NCBI GenBank assembly: GCA_043228905.1
Contig: JBHGNT010000010.1
Location: 20,026,001 to 20,090,000, forward strand
DNA length: 64,000 nucleotides
From: Azolla caroliniana
Lineage: Eukaryota > Plantae > Polypodiophyta
Direction of reading: 5' to 3'
Part shown: one piece after another, positions 23,701-36,032 of the stretch
Layout of the letters: every line of letters starts with the position of its first letter
Numbering within the stretch: the first letter of the stretch is position 1
Program-made: the position numbers and the translations under genes
The notes under the pieces: generated by a model
What the model was told of the DNA's origin: nothing
What the model saw: the letters and a program-made list of their open reading frames with translations, nothing else
The model's database searches: none

Positions 23701-24711
23701 TCCAGCCCGTATTTCTCTAGGAGTCGGCCTTCGAACTCCTCCTAGGTACGGCTCTCCGCCCGTACCTCGAGCACCTCCGCATGGATGCTCGGCAATGCCA
23801 CTCGAGGGAACCCGGCAAGACGCCTCTCTTCCGGAATGTCCCGCATCAGCATTTCCGCCCCGTAAGACGCCAAATACTTCGTAGCATCCTTTCCGCTGAA
23901 TCGGACGATTGTACCGACAACCGCCTCAATGGCTCTGTCGAGGGCGCCGGTGCCCTCGCGTGTGCTCAATATCCAATCCACGGCCGAAGCCATGGCCTCC
24001 GAAAGATCCGACCCCTTCATCTTCTGCTCTTCTTCCGCCTCCTTCACGTCCGGTTCACCAAGATGTCGAGGTATTCCTCGTGGATGCGTGGAATGAGGCG
24101 GGACCTCGGGGGTCTTGTACCGAAGAGCAAGAGAGAAAGGAGAAGGGAGGGGACCCACTACGTGCGAGCGTAGATTCACAGGGACACGGCCCTTTGACAC
24201 AAAGACGCGAGTGGGACACCGACACAGAGAGACACGAATGTATGCAAATATATATATTAACAAAACAAACAACAAGAAGCACGAAGTCGGTTACAACCGA
24301 ACAGGCCGGCGAACAGATGCCGATGCCTGTTCGTAAACGCACAGAAAGAAAGGAGTAGATTGGAGGTGCTGCCGGAAGCACTCGGGCATTCCTCAGAGCA
24401 GCGCGAGCCTCCCGAAAACCTGCACAGAAAGAAGCTGCCGAGTATGGAAGAGAGAGAAGCCTTCGGTCGACAACCCGACAACACTTCGTCCCCTCTCTAA
24501 AACGCGATCCTCTCCCCCTTCTCGCCTCCCTCCTTTTATAGGCAAGGAAGGAGTCGTTTCCCCTTTATTTCCTACCCACTAAATCTACCTACCTAGGATC
24601 TCCTATGTACCTAATTCTCCCTTATGTACAATATAAGGCGTACAGGCATGAAGAGCTGGTTCCTACGCTCCGGTGCACTGATTCCGCTTGTGGACGGTTT
24701 TCTTCACGACA
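17765..24711 (-). mobile_element. Full-length degenerate gypsy subtype A with 4-bp TSD CCGT
   Basis: LTRs 17765-18411 and 24064-24711 (about 9 transitions plus 1 indel by eye); CCGT at 17761 and 24712; gag 21924-24020 and pol 18485-21925 disrupted. Confidence 0.95.
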
Positions 24712-24873
24712 CCGTACTAGCGCTTTGACAATCAGCCCGTGTCCGCGCTCTACCTTTCCGTTCGCCTCCGGATTGTACACTGTGGTGAGCGAAAGTTTGA
24801 CTCCCAGCCGGTCGAACAGCTCTTCGGCCTCTTCTGCGTCCAACTCACCACGGTCAGCCACGATCTTTCCAAC

Positions 24874-27800
24874 TGTCAAGGTATTCCTCGTGGATGCGTG
24901 GAATGAGGCGGGACCTCGGGGGTCCTGTACCGGAGAGCAAGAGAGAAAAGAGAAGAGACCCACTACGTGTGAGCGTAGATCCACAGGGACACGGCCCTTC
25001 GACACAAAGATGCGAGAGGGACAACGACATAGAGAGACACGAATGTATGTATGTATTAACAAAGACAAAACAACAAGAACACGAAGTGGGTTACAACCGA
25101 ACAGGCCGGCGAACAGATGCCGATGCCTGTTCGTAAACGCGCAGAAAGAAAGGAGTAGGTTGGAGGTGCTGCCGGAAGCACTCGGGCATTCCTCAGAGCA
25201 GCGCTAGCCTCCCAAAACCTGCACAGAAAGGAGCTACAGAGTATGCGAGCCAGAGAGAGAGAGAAGCCTTCGCCCACAAACCGACAACACTTCGTCCTCG
25301 ACTCTTCGTGATCCCTTCCTCTTCCTCGTCTCCCTCCTTTTATAGGCAAGAAGAGAGCCGTTCCCTATTATCTTCCTACCTACAAAATCTACCTACCTCC
25401 GATCTTCAATGCCCCTAATTCTCTCTTATATACATCGTAAGGCGCACCGATTCCGCTCGTGGACGGTTTTCTTCACGACATCCGCCCCACCTAACCGCGC
25501 ATCCACCGACATGCGCCAAATTGAGTTGGGACGGAGAAAACCGGTCCAGCCTTCATTCCCCGCCCGTCGGTTCTTCCTCGGTTTCAGATCGTTCGTCGTA
25601 CCGGTCCAGGTTAACCGGATCCGGCTCGTCGTCGTGACGCTTCTTGAACGCTTTGATCCGTTTCCCAGCTACCAGTATCGCCATTCTCGTGCCGTCGAGT
25701 TCCGCCAGATGGTACGTCCCGTTGTCGTTGGCGCTTTGTACCACCTAAGGCTCGAACCACCTTCTTGCGAACTTCCGTGTCGCTCGGTGCTGGTTGTCGA
25801 GGCTGCTGTCATAGACTAGCACCCAGTCGCCTTCCTCGATCTTCTTCGGTCGGAGCCGGTGCGACCGGTGGAACCGGGCTTTGTTCCTCGTCCTTGGTTT
25901 TCTTCACGACAATGTGTAAGGGCCGGTTCACACGCGCTATACACAGTTTGCGCCTGGGAACGGTTTTCTTCATGACATCCGCAACCCGTATAGCAACTCC
26001 GCAACGTGGGCGTAATGCGGGATCCATATGTTGTAGAACGCGCATGCCCCCAGGAACCTCCGAACTTCCGTAACCGAGCTACAGTCGATCTTCATCGCGA
26101 AGATGGCTTCTACTTTTGCCGGAGAGGGCTTCCGGCCATACAGTCCACACAGGTGTCCGACCACCAGGATTTCTAATTGCCCGAAGACCGATTTCTCCCT
26201 GGAGAAGGTGAGCCTTGCATCCTCTAGCCTTTGTAGCACCTTCTCAAAGTCGTCGATGTGTGTTGCCACTAATCGCCGACATCCGTCCGACCCGACTGTC
26301 TCGTCCTTCTCTTCCACCAGGCACCCCTTTATCGGGATGTCGTCCAGAAATGGCATGGTGATGTCCGGGATGCAATCCCTCAATACCTTGTTCATTGCAT
26401 TCACCATGTGGGCCACCGAGTTGGTCCCTCCTTGTGGCAGGGTACACATTCGCACTAGGCCGAGGGGAGTTCACATCGTCGTAATGTCTCTCCTCTCCAC
26501 GGCTAGCTGGAACTGGTCGTACCCCGAGTACAGATCACCGACCGAGTAAATAGACCTTCCAACGAAGGCCTCCGCGAACTCGTGTATGGTCGGTCTGATT
26601 CCTGCGTTCCGAATTGTCACTCTGTTGACCGGCTGGAGGTCTTGAATGAAGCGCATTGTTCCGTTTTTTTTTGGTACGGTAAACCATCGGTTCGAGTATG
26701 GGGCACTCAACGGTTCGAGAATGCCCATATCTACTTTCTGCCTCAATAGCTCCATCAACTTCGAGATGTGAGCTCTGGGTACCGGAATCGGCTTGAGATT
26801 CCACAGCACATGCGGTACCATGAATATCACCATCGGCTCCACGATCGTCGGGTCTACGCACCCGATCTCTTCCGGTGAGAATGCGAAGGCTTTCCCGTGC
26901 CTTCCGAGCATTCTCCGAAACCGGTCTTCCTCCGCCGGCAGTAGGAACCCGCCCCCACCGATCTTGAGCTCCCGGAGCGTCCCGTCGGTGAAGGTGTGTC
27001 CTATGCAGGCCGGATCTCGTAAATTGGGGTCCGACGCAACCCCTCTGATTCGGGACTCGCTGCCCTCCGGTAAGGGTGCCGCGACTGACCTTACCTTCCG
27101 GTCCACAGTCTTGTACTTCGTGCTAACTCGGGCCATCCGATCCGACCGGAGCCCCTGGCTGAAGTTCGCAATGACTTCGTACATCTCTTCGGAACATACC
27201 GGTATCGTCCGGTCTTCGTTAAGGTCTTCTCCGGCTACCTCCCTCAGCATTCCCAAGGTGTCGTCGAAGGAGACCGCCTCCACGGCTCCGCTGATTTCCT
27301 CGTCCGGGCCGAGAACTCCGCACGCTTGAAGTCGCACTGCCGCCCTTGTCTTTTCTTGGCCAACGATGTCGACTATCATACACCCTCCGTCGTTGGAGAA
27401 GCAAAATTTCCTACCTATCGTATAGGGTTCCTTCGGTTTCGGTTCTATCGTACAGTCGTGGGGTTTTTCCCGAGTGTCCGGGCTGTCTCGGCCCCACGCC
27501 TTGTCAGCCCTCTCTAAAAATCCTCCCGGTTCTCGCCACCGACGGATTCGCGGTTTCTCTCGTGGTTCGGCCGCACCGTCAGAAATTGAACCGAATGGGG
27601 CCCGTCCTGGCTTTTGACCCTCGCGTAGGCCGAACCGTTGTCCAGCACCTTGGTCTCCATTCGCGCCGCCGTGATGTATGGTTCCCCTAATATGACCGGG
27701 TGTGAGGACGTCTCCTGTACGAAGAAGTGCTGGTCAATCTCAACGTCGCCGATCTTGACTCGCACGTTCGGGCAGGCCCCGTGCAGTTCCTCGGTGGCGC

Positions 27801-28206
27801 GCGTCGCCGCCCGTATCTTCCACCCGTGCTTGGTGTTGATCGGCCACTTTCCCTTCTTATAGAAGTCCATGGACATTAGGTTTATTTCCGAACCGTGGTC
27901 CACCAGTGCCACCACCGGTTCCTGAACATCTCCGATCTTTACCGGGGTCTCCGTGGTCGCTCGGGCCCAGTGCGGCCTCGAATAGTGGCTCTCCGCCCAC
28001 TCATCTGCTAGCGCCGAGTCGTCGATGTGCGTCGTCCGCACCTCCACCGGTCTCTCCGGTTCTGTCTCCGTCGACAGCCTCTTCCGTTTCACCAAGTCCA
28101 CAATGGAGTCGTGGAACTCCTTCTTGGTGATCCCTAGCACCTCCCGTAATGACAGCTGCACTTTGCTGTCGAGGATCCGTTCTTCTAGGACCTTTCGTAG
28201 GTCCGT
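24874..28206 (-). mobile_element. Deleted gypsy subtype A-like element (3' LTR 24874-25480, integrase end, RT, PR)
   Basis: ORFs 25553-25744, 25970-27379 and 27514-28200; internal deletion with filler at 25896-25982. Confidence 0.88.
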
Positions 28207-29543
28207 CGAAATCATTAAGCGACATCTTTGCTGCCAGTTGTACTTGCTCTCGTCGAAATCATTAAGCGTTGGAGTGCATTCCCTGCCGGTTGTTACGTAA
28301 GTCGCCTCGAAGAAGTTCACGCCAGAGCTCGCGTTTAACCTGGGCGTATCCTCATTGTCGCTCGTTGAGGACCTTCACGCCGAACCAGATCAGGAAACGC
28401 ATGTCGTCCTCGTCCTCTTGGTTGATGACCCACCCGATCCCGGTCAGATTCGTGTCTACCGTTACGTAAATTGGAGTGTCCTTTCCGTAGACAACCTTTC
28501 GGTGCGCCGGAGTTGTGGCAAGTGCTTACTTCATCTTTCGGACAGACTCCGTATGCTCGTCTCTCCACTCGAATTTTCGCCCCTTTTTCAGCAACCCGTA
28601 AAACGGCTCCGCAACGTGGGTGTAATGCGGGATCCAGAAGATGTCGGGGTTGCTACGCCCTTGCGTGTAGAAAGGAGGAGGGACCACGGGGGTCTTGAAC
28701 CGAAGAGCAAGAGAGAGAGAAGTAAGAGAGAGAGACCCGATTACACAGAACCGAAAATCCGATTGCGCAGAACCGACGATTGCACAGGGACACGGCCCAA
28801 CAAACAGAGATCACAAATAAACGCCGACGCAGATGGACGCAACAACGAAAGATATGTACTTATGAATGCAAGAAAATGACAGACTAAAGTATTACAACCC
28901 ACGGTGGGGCACGAAATAGATACTAACGAAAACGAACAGGGCGGCGAACAGATGCCGACCCCTGTATGTCGCGACGCACAGAAAGGGGAAACAGGTCGGA
29001 GGTGCTGCAGGACGCACTCGGGGCGTTCCACGGAACAGCGCAAGCCTCCTCGAAACCTGCACAGGTACGCGATGGAGCAGAAGACAGAGAAAGCAGGAGT
29101 GAGAGAGAAGCTCCAAAATCGGTTCGGCAGCACTTCGTCCTCTCCGTGCGAGATGCCTCCAACAGCTCTTTCCTCCTCTTTTTATAGCCCGACGAGCAGG
29201 CCGTCATGTCAGCTTTATTCCCTGTCCCTTTTGGACAGGGATCCGCTCCGTTTTTCACGCTTCCGCGTAGTTACGCCGCCGACTCGTACAGTTCGCGCGC
29301 GCGACCGAAAAGACTGTTCGCGCGGTCTTTGTCTCCACTTGAGTTAGGGCCCGTTCCTGCCGATTATCCTCCCAATTAACTTCTATGTACAACTTGGAGC
29401 GTGCGCGCGTGAAGAACCGGTCCCCACGCCTTGGTGCGCCGATTCCGCCTATGGACGGTTTTCTTCACGACATCCGCCCCCACCTAACCGCGCATCCTCC
29501 GGTATGCGCCAAGAGAGTTGGGACGGAGAAAACCGGCCCGTCT

Positions 29544-32500
29544 TCATTCCTCGCCCGTCGGTTCTTCCTCGTTTTCGGATCGTTCGTCACTGCCAACCAG
29601 GAGAGCCGGGTCTGGCTCGTCGTCGTGTCGCTTCTTGAACGCTTTGATCCGCTTCCCTGCAACCGGTATCGTCATTCTCGTGCCGTCGAGTTCCGCCAGG
29701 TGGTATGCCCCGTTGTCATTGGCGCTCTGTACCACGTAAGGCCCGAACCACCTTCGTGCGAACTTCCGTGTAGCTCGGTGCTGGTTGTCGAGGCTGCTAT
29801 CGTAGACGAGCACCCAGTCACCTTCTTCGATTTTCTTCGGTCGGAGCCAGTGCGTTCGGTCGAACCTGGCTTTGTTCCTTTTCCTCGCTACCCGGAGCTT
29901 TTCCGTAGCCAGTTCCACGTCCTCCGGTCTCCGCTCGAGCTGTCGTATGCGCGCGGCCAACAACTCCTCCCGGCTCATCTCGTCCCTCCAGTCGACCGTT
30001 GCCCACGAGGAGATCGTCCTTTCCATCGGCATGATCGGCTGCTGGCCGAACATGAGCTCTGTCGGCATGTACCCGGTTACCGAACTGTGCGTGGTCCGGT
30101 CTGCCCACAAAGCATAAGGTAGCAGCCGCGGCCAGTCACCGACTCGGCCTCCGCATGCCCGAACCAACGCCTTGACGATCGGTCCGTGTCCTCGCTCCAC
30201 CTTTCCATTCGCCTCCGGATTGTACGCAGTGGTGAGCGAGAGCTTGACTCCCAGCCGGTCGAACAGCTCCGCGGCTTCTTCGGCGTCCAACTCCCCTCGG
30301 TCAGCCACGATCTTCCCGACGCACCCGTACCGGCATATCACGTCCTCGATTAGGAACCGGCATACGGCCGCGGTCGTTTTGTTCGGAAGGGCCCGGCCTT
30401 CCACCTGGTTCGTCAGGTCTTCCCGCGCTAGGACCAGATACCGCATCTGTCCTACCCCCATTGGCATCGTTACTAGATCTACCATCCATTTGAAATGGAT
30501 GGCCGGGGGGTACGTAGGGTGAAGCTCGTCTCGATGTCGGACTACGGAGTGCATCTGACAGCTCTCGCAAGTTGTCACGAACCGATGCACGTCCCGGTAT
30601 TGCCCCGGCCACCAATACTTCCCCTTCAGCTTCTCAAACGTCGCCCACGTTCCACGGTGTCCAGCCCAAGGGCTGTCGTGGTAGGCCGCCAGTAGCTCCT
30701 CCTGTTCCTCCTTCATCGCCACCACCCGGAGCGGAACGCCGTTCCTCTTCTTCGGGTGCTTCCACAAATGCCCGTCTCGGAGAAAGAATCGATATGCCTT
30801 CTTCCGGATCCGGTCGGCCTCGTCCTTCGTCCATGACGCATCGGGCGTCATTGTCTTCAAAAACCCGCCGATCTGCAGCCACTCCCCGTCGTACTTGCTC
30901 GCGTCGAACTCGTTAAGCGCCGGAGTGCTCATCCCGTCGGTCGTTATATATGCCGCCTCGAAGAAATCCACGCCGACTTCTTCGTCTTCCGAAACCATGC
31001 CGCCCTCGTCGTCGAACCTCGCCCTCGAAAGCATGTCGGCCATGGCGTTGTCTTTCCCGGAAATGTGTCGTATTTCCGGGTCCAGGGACTTGATGTACGC
31101 TATCCACCTGAGCATCGCCAGGTCCGGAGTCGCGCATCCGGAAACCATACCGAGAATCGGCAGGCAATCCGTCTCGATGATCACTTCTGTCCCTATCAGG
31201 TAGTCTTTGTCGGCCTTAACCGCCGAAACAATACCCCAGAGTTCGCGTTTAACCTAGGCGTATCCCCGCTGCCGTTTACTGAGGACTTTCGCGCCGAATC
31301 GGATCGGAAACCGATTGCCGTCCTCGTCTTCCTGGTTCACGACCCATCCGATCCCGGTCGGACTGGTATCCACCGTTATGAATACCGGGGTACCCTTCCC
31401 GTATACCGCCTTCCGGAGTGCCGGTGCCGCTGCAAGGGCCTCTTTCAGCTTCCGGACCGATTCCGCGTGCTCGTCTAGCCATTCGAACCTTCGCCCCTTT
31501 TTCAGCAACCCGTACAGTGGCTCCGCGACGTGTGCGTAATGCGGGATCCATATGTGGTAGAACGCGCATGCCCCCAGGAATCTCCGTACTTCCGTGACCG
31601 AGCTGCAGTCGGGCTTCATCGCGGAGATGGCTTCTACCTTTGCCGGAGACGGTTTCCGGCCATATGGTCCGCACAGGTGTCCGACCACCATGATTTCTGA
31701 CTGCCCGAAGGCCGACTTCTCCCCGGAGAAGGTGAGTCTCGCATCCTCTAGCCTTTGCAGCACCTTCTCGCAGTCGTCGATGTGCGTCGCCACGAATCGC
31801 CGGCATCCGTCCGGCCCGATCGTCTCGTCCTTTTCTTCCACCGGGCATCCCTTGATCGGGATGTCGTCCAGAAATGGCATGGTGATGTCCGGGATACAGC
31901 CCCCCAGAACCTTGTTCATCGCATTCACCATGTGGGCCACCGAGTTGGTCCCTCCTTGCGGCAGTGTACACATCCGAACTAGGCCGAGGGGAGTTCGCAT
32001 CGTCGTAATGTCTCTGCTCTCCACGGCTAGCTGGAACTGGTCGTACCCTGAGTATAGATCCCCGACAGAGTAAATTGACCTTCCGGCGAAGGCCTCCGCG
32101 AACTCGTCTATGGTCGGTCCGATCCCTGCGTTCCGAATGGTCACTCGATTGACTGGCTGCAGGTCCTGGATGAAGCGCAACGAACCGTTTTTCTTCGGTA
32201 CGGTAAACCATCGATTCGAATATGGGGCGCTCGACGGCTCGAGAATTCCCATATCAACTTTCTGCCTCAGCAGCTCCATCAACTTCGGGATGTGAGCTCT
32301 CGGAACCGGGATTGGCTTGAGATTCCATGGTACATGCGGTACCGTGAATATCACCATCGGCTCCACGATCGTCGGGTCAACGCACCCGATTTCCTCCGGC
32401 GAGAATGCGAAGGCTTTCCCGTGCCTTCCGAGCATTCCCCGAAACCGGTCTTCCTCCGCCGGCAGTAGGAACCCGCCCCCACCGATTTTGAGCTCTCGGA

Positions 32501-33035
32501 GCGTCTCGTCGGTGAAGGTGTGTCCTATGCAGGCCGGATCTCGTATGCTAGGGTCCGATGCAACCCCTTTGATTCTCGACGCGCTGTCCTCCGGTAAGGG
32601 TGCCGCGACCGGCCTTACCTTCCGGTCCACAGTCTTGTACTTGGTGCTTACGTGGGCCGTCCGAACTGATTCGAGCCCTCGACCGAAGTCCGCGATGACT
32701 TCGTACATCTCCTCGGAACACACCGGTATCGTCCGGTCTTCGTTAAGGCCTTCTTCGACTACCTTTCCCAGCATTCCCAAGGTGTCGTCGAACGAGACCG
32801 CCTCCACGGCTCCGTTGATTTCCTCGTCAGGGCCGAGAACTCCGCACGCTCGAAGTCTCCCCTCCGCCTTTGTCTTCTCTCGGCCGCCGATACCGACTAT
32901 CGTACACGCACCGCTGTCGGAGAACAAAAATTCCCTACCTATGGTACAAGGTTTCTTCGGTTTTATCGTACAGGTGTGGGGTTTTCCCGGGGTGTCCGGA
33001 CTGTCGCGGCCCCACGCCTTGGCAGCCCTCTCTAA
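29544..33035 (-). pseudogene. pol: pol RT-RNase H-integrase with a single CAG>TAG stop at 31254-31256
   Basis: ORFs 31254-32927 and 29544-31184 are in the same frame; no chromodomain. Confidence 0.93.
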
Positions 33036-35158
33036 AAATCCTCTCGGTTATCGGAACCGAGGGAGTTGCGGTTACGCTCGTGGTTCGGCCTAACCGTCAA
33101 AAACTGGACCGAATGGCGCCCGTCCTGGCTCTTGACCCGCGCATAGGCCGAACCGTTGTCCAGCACCTTGGTCTCCATTCGAGCCGCCGTGATGTACGGC
33201 TCTCCCAGTATGACGGGGTGCGATGACGATTCCTGCACGAAGAAGTGCTGGTCTATCTCGACATCGCCGATCTTGACCCGTACATTCGGGCAGGCCCCGT
33301 GAAGTTCCTCGGTGGCGCGCGTCGCCGCCCTTATCTTCCACCCGTGCTTGGTGTTGATCGGCCATTTGCCCTTCTTATAGAAGTCCATGGACATCAGGTT
33401 GATTTCCGATCCGTGGTCCACCAAAGCTACCACCGGTTCCTGGACATCGCCGATCTTTACCGGGGTTTCCGTGGTCGCTCGGGCCCAGTGTGGCCGCGAA
33501 TAGTGGCTCTCCGCCCACTCATCTTCCAGCGCCATGTCGTCCAGGTGCGTCGTCCGCACCTCTACCGGTCTTTCCGGTTCCTCCTCCGTCGACAGCCTCT
33601 TCCGCTTGACCAAGTCCACGATGGAGTCGTGGAACTCTTTCTTCGCGATTCCGAGCACCTCCCGTAATGACAGCTCCACCTTGCTGTCGAGGATCCGCTC
33701 CTCTAGGACCTTCCGCAGGTCCGTGGTCCTCTCTATTTCTGTCCCAAGACGGTACCCGCCCTTCTTGGGGTTTTCTTGCGTACCGGATCCGCCGGCTTCA
33801 TTTCGTCGAGGCCCGAACCGGGTCTCGTATCGTTGTGAGGTCCCGGAGGGTGCAGGTTTCCCCACCCGTTTGTCTTCCACCAGAGCCTCGTAGTTCTGGC
33901 AGGCGGCTTGTACGAAGCCCGTCTTCTCCTCGACCGGGTCGCTCCACCCGGTTATCTCCCGTACTCGTTTCTCCGCGCGGTCCGATTCCTCCCCTTTAAG
34001 CCTTGCACCGGCAAGGCCTTCCAGCATCGTCGGCCAGAATCCGGCTTTGCTTTCCCTTCGGGCCTCGCCGCCTCCGACTCGAATGCCGGCCGACGCCGAG
34101 TAGTGAACGGTTTCCGCGTGTCGGGCCGCCGCCTCTTCCATCAACCCTTTCATACCACCTTTTCCGTCGTTTCGGCTCAGGGCCCTTCGGGTGTCGCTGG
34201 CATGCACCCGTCCTTCCCACAGGTACACCACCCCGTTCCTCAGCGCCTCCGCGAAGTCGCCGCAGTCCTTCCGAAGGTGGCCGACTTCATCGCACCACAT
34301 GCACCTGTTTCCCGCCGCCGGCCGTCGGTCACGAGCCGGTTCGCCTCCTTCCCTTCGGGCCTGCGCGATTTGGAGGTCCTTTATCGCCTTCGTCAATTCC
34401 TCCAGCGCCGCTCCTCCGGTTGAGCCTCTGACTACGCCGGTCGAAGCCGAACCGGTATCCAACCACTCCCGGGTCTCTTCCTTTCGCACCTGCGGTGCCG
34501 GTTCGAGCTTCCTTGCTGCGACCGAGCCCGACCCGGTTGCACCGTTATCCGCCCATTCTCGCCGTTTGTCGAAACGGCCACAGACCTTCCTGACAGCCGC
34601 CCAGTCGGTAGTGAGCCCGTCTTCGGTTTCCAGCAAGAGGCCCACTTGCTCCCGATCCCGCTCGTCGACCGACTTGACGAACAGCAAGACCCGGCTCGTG
34701 TCCAGGATGGTTCGGTCGAGCGCCGAAAGGCGCGCAAAGTTTTCCTCGAACTCCCGGAGGAGCGCCGACGCGTTTCTTCCCTTCCCTGGGGACTCCACCC
34801 ATTCCATGAACCTTCGCTTCGAAAGCCGGAGCGCGTCGTCCAGCCCGTATTTCTCTAGGAGCCGACCTTCGAACTCCTCCCAGGTACGGCTCTCCGTCCG
34901 CACCTCGAGCACCTCCGCATGGATGCTCGGCATCGCTACTCGGGGAAATCCGGCAAGACTCCTTTCTTCCGGAATGTCCCGCATCAGCATCTCTGCACCG
35001 TAGGACGCCAAATACTTCGTGGCATCCTTCCCATCGAACCGGCCGATCGTGCCGACGACCGCCTCAATAGCTCTGTCGAGGGCACCGGTGCTCTCGCGCG
35101 CGTTTACAATCCGATCCACGGCCGAAGCCATGGCCTCTGCGAGATCCGACCCCCTCAT
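33032..35158 (-). CDS. gag: Gag-protease polyprotein (capsid, CCHC knuckle, aspartic protease), 708 aa from the ATG
   Basis: Intact ORF; CMWCDEVGHLRKDC; ALVDHGSEIN; ILG..Y. Confidence 0.95.
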   Translation of the reverse strand: MRGSDLAEAMASAVDRIVNARESTGALDRAIEAVVGTIGRFDGKDATKYLASYGAEMLMRDIPEERSLAGFPRVAMPSIHAEVLEVRTESRTWEEFEGRLLEKYGLDDALRLSKRRFMEWVESPGKGRNASALLREFEENFARLSALDRTILDTSRVLLFVKSVDERDREQVGLLLETEDGLTTDWAAVRKVCGRFDKRREWADNGATGSGSVAARKLEPAPQVRKEETREWLDTGSASTGVVRGSTGGAALEELTKAIKDLQIAQARREGGEPARDRRPAAGNRCMWCDEVGHLRKDCGDFAEALRNGVVYLWEGRVHASDTRRALSRNDGKGGMKGLMEEAAARHAETVHYSASAGIRVGGGEARRESKAGFWPTMLEGLAGARLKGEESDRAEKRVREITGWSDPVEEKTGFVQAACQNYEALVEDKRVGKPAPSGTSQRYETRFGPRRNEAGGSGTQENPKKGGYRLGTEIERTTDLRKVLEERILDSKVELSLREVLGIAKKEFHDSIVDLVKRKRLSTEEEPERPVEVRTTHLDDMALEDEWAESHYSRPHWARATTETPVKIGDVQEPVVALVDHGSEINLMSMDFYKKGKWPINTKHGWKIRAATRATEELHGACPNVRVKIGDVEIDQHFFVQESSSHPVILGEPYITAARMETKVLDNGSAYARVKSQDGRHSVQFLTVRPNHERNRNSLGSDNREDF

Positions 35159-36032
35159 CTTCTGCTCTTCTGCCGCCTCTTTCACGTCGGGTTCACCAAG
35201 ATGTCGGGGTTGCTACGCCCTTGCGTGTAGAAAGGAGGAGGGACCACGGGGGTCTTGAACCGAAGAGCAAGAGAGAGAGAAGTAAGAGAGAGAGACCCGA
35301 TTACACAGAACCGAAAATCCGATTGCGCAGAACCGACGATTGCACAGGGACACGGCCCAACAAACAGAGATCACAAATAAACGCCGACGCAGATGGACGC
35401 AACAACGAAAGATATGTACTTATGAATGCAAGAAAATGACAGACTAAAGTATTACAACCCACGGTGGGGCACGAAATAGATACTAACGAAAACGAACAGG
35501 GCGGCGAACAGATGCCGACCCCTGTATGTCGCGACGCACAGAAAGGGGAAACAGGTCGGAGGTGCTGCAGGACGCACTCGGGGCGTTCCACGGAACAGCG
35601 CAAGCCTCCTCGAAACCTGCACAGGTACGCGATGGAGCAGAAGACAGAGAAAGCAGGAGTGAGAGAGAAGCTCCAAAATCGGTTCGGCAGCACTTCGTCC
35701 TCTCCGTGCGAGATGCCTCCAACAGCTCTTTCCTCCTCTTTTTATAGCCCGACGAGCAGGCCGTCATGTCAGCTTTATTCCCTGTCCCTTTTGGACAGGG
35801 ATCCGCTCCGTTTTTCACGCTTCCGCGTAGTTACGCCGCCGACTCGTACAGTTCGCGCGCGCGACCGAAAAGACTGTTCGCGCGGTCTTTGTCTCCACTT
35901 GAGTTAGGGCCCGTTCCTGCCGATTATCCTCCCAATTAACTTCTATGTACAACTTGGAGCGTGCGCGCGTGAAGAACCGGTCCCCACGCCTTGGTGCGCC
36001 GATTCCGCCTATGGACGGTTTTCTTCACGACA

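Larger units (their letters stand above)
28642..36032 (-). mobile_element. Young, near-intact gypsy subtype B
   Basis: 831-bp LTRs 28642-29472 and 35202-36032 apparently identical; PBS 35181-35198; PPT adjacent to 29473. Confidence 0.97.

Noticed and set aside
28741-29347. ORFs within LTRs as accessory genes
   Set aside because: Duplicated only because the LTRs are; no motifs and not conserved between LTR types
29473-29620. Chromodomain or env-like ORF after the integrase
   Set aside because: Integrase ends in a short acidic tail about 70 nt before the LTR
35181-35198. tRNA-Trp gene
   Set aside because: Only the 18-nt 3' end matches; it is a primer binding site
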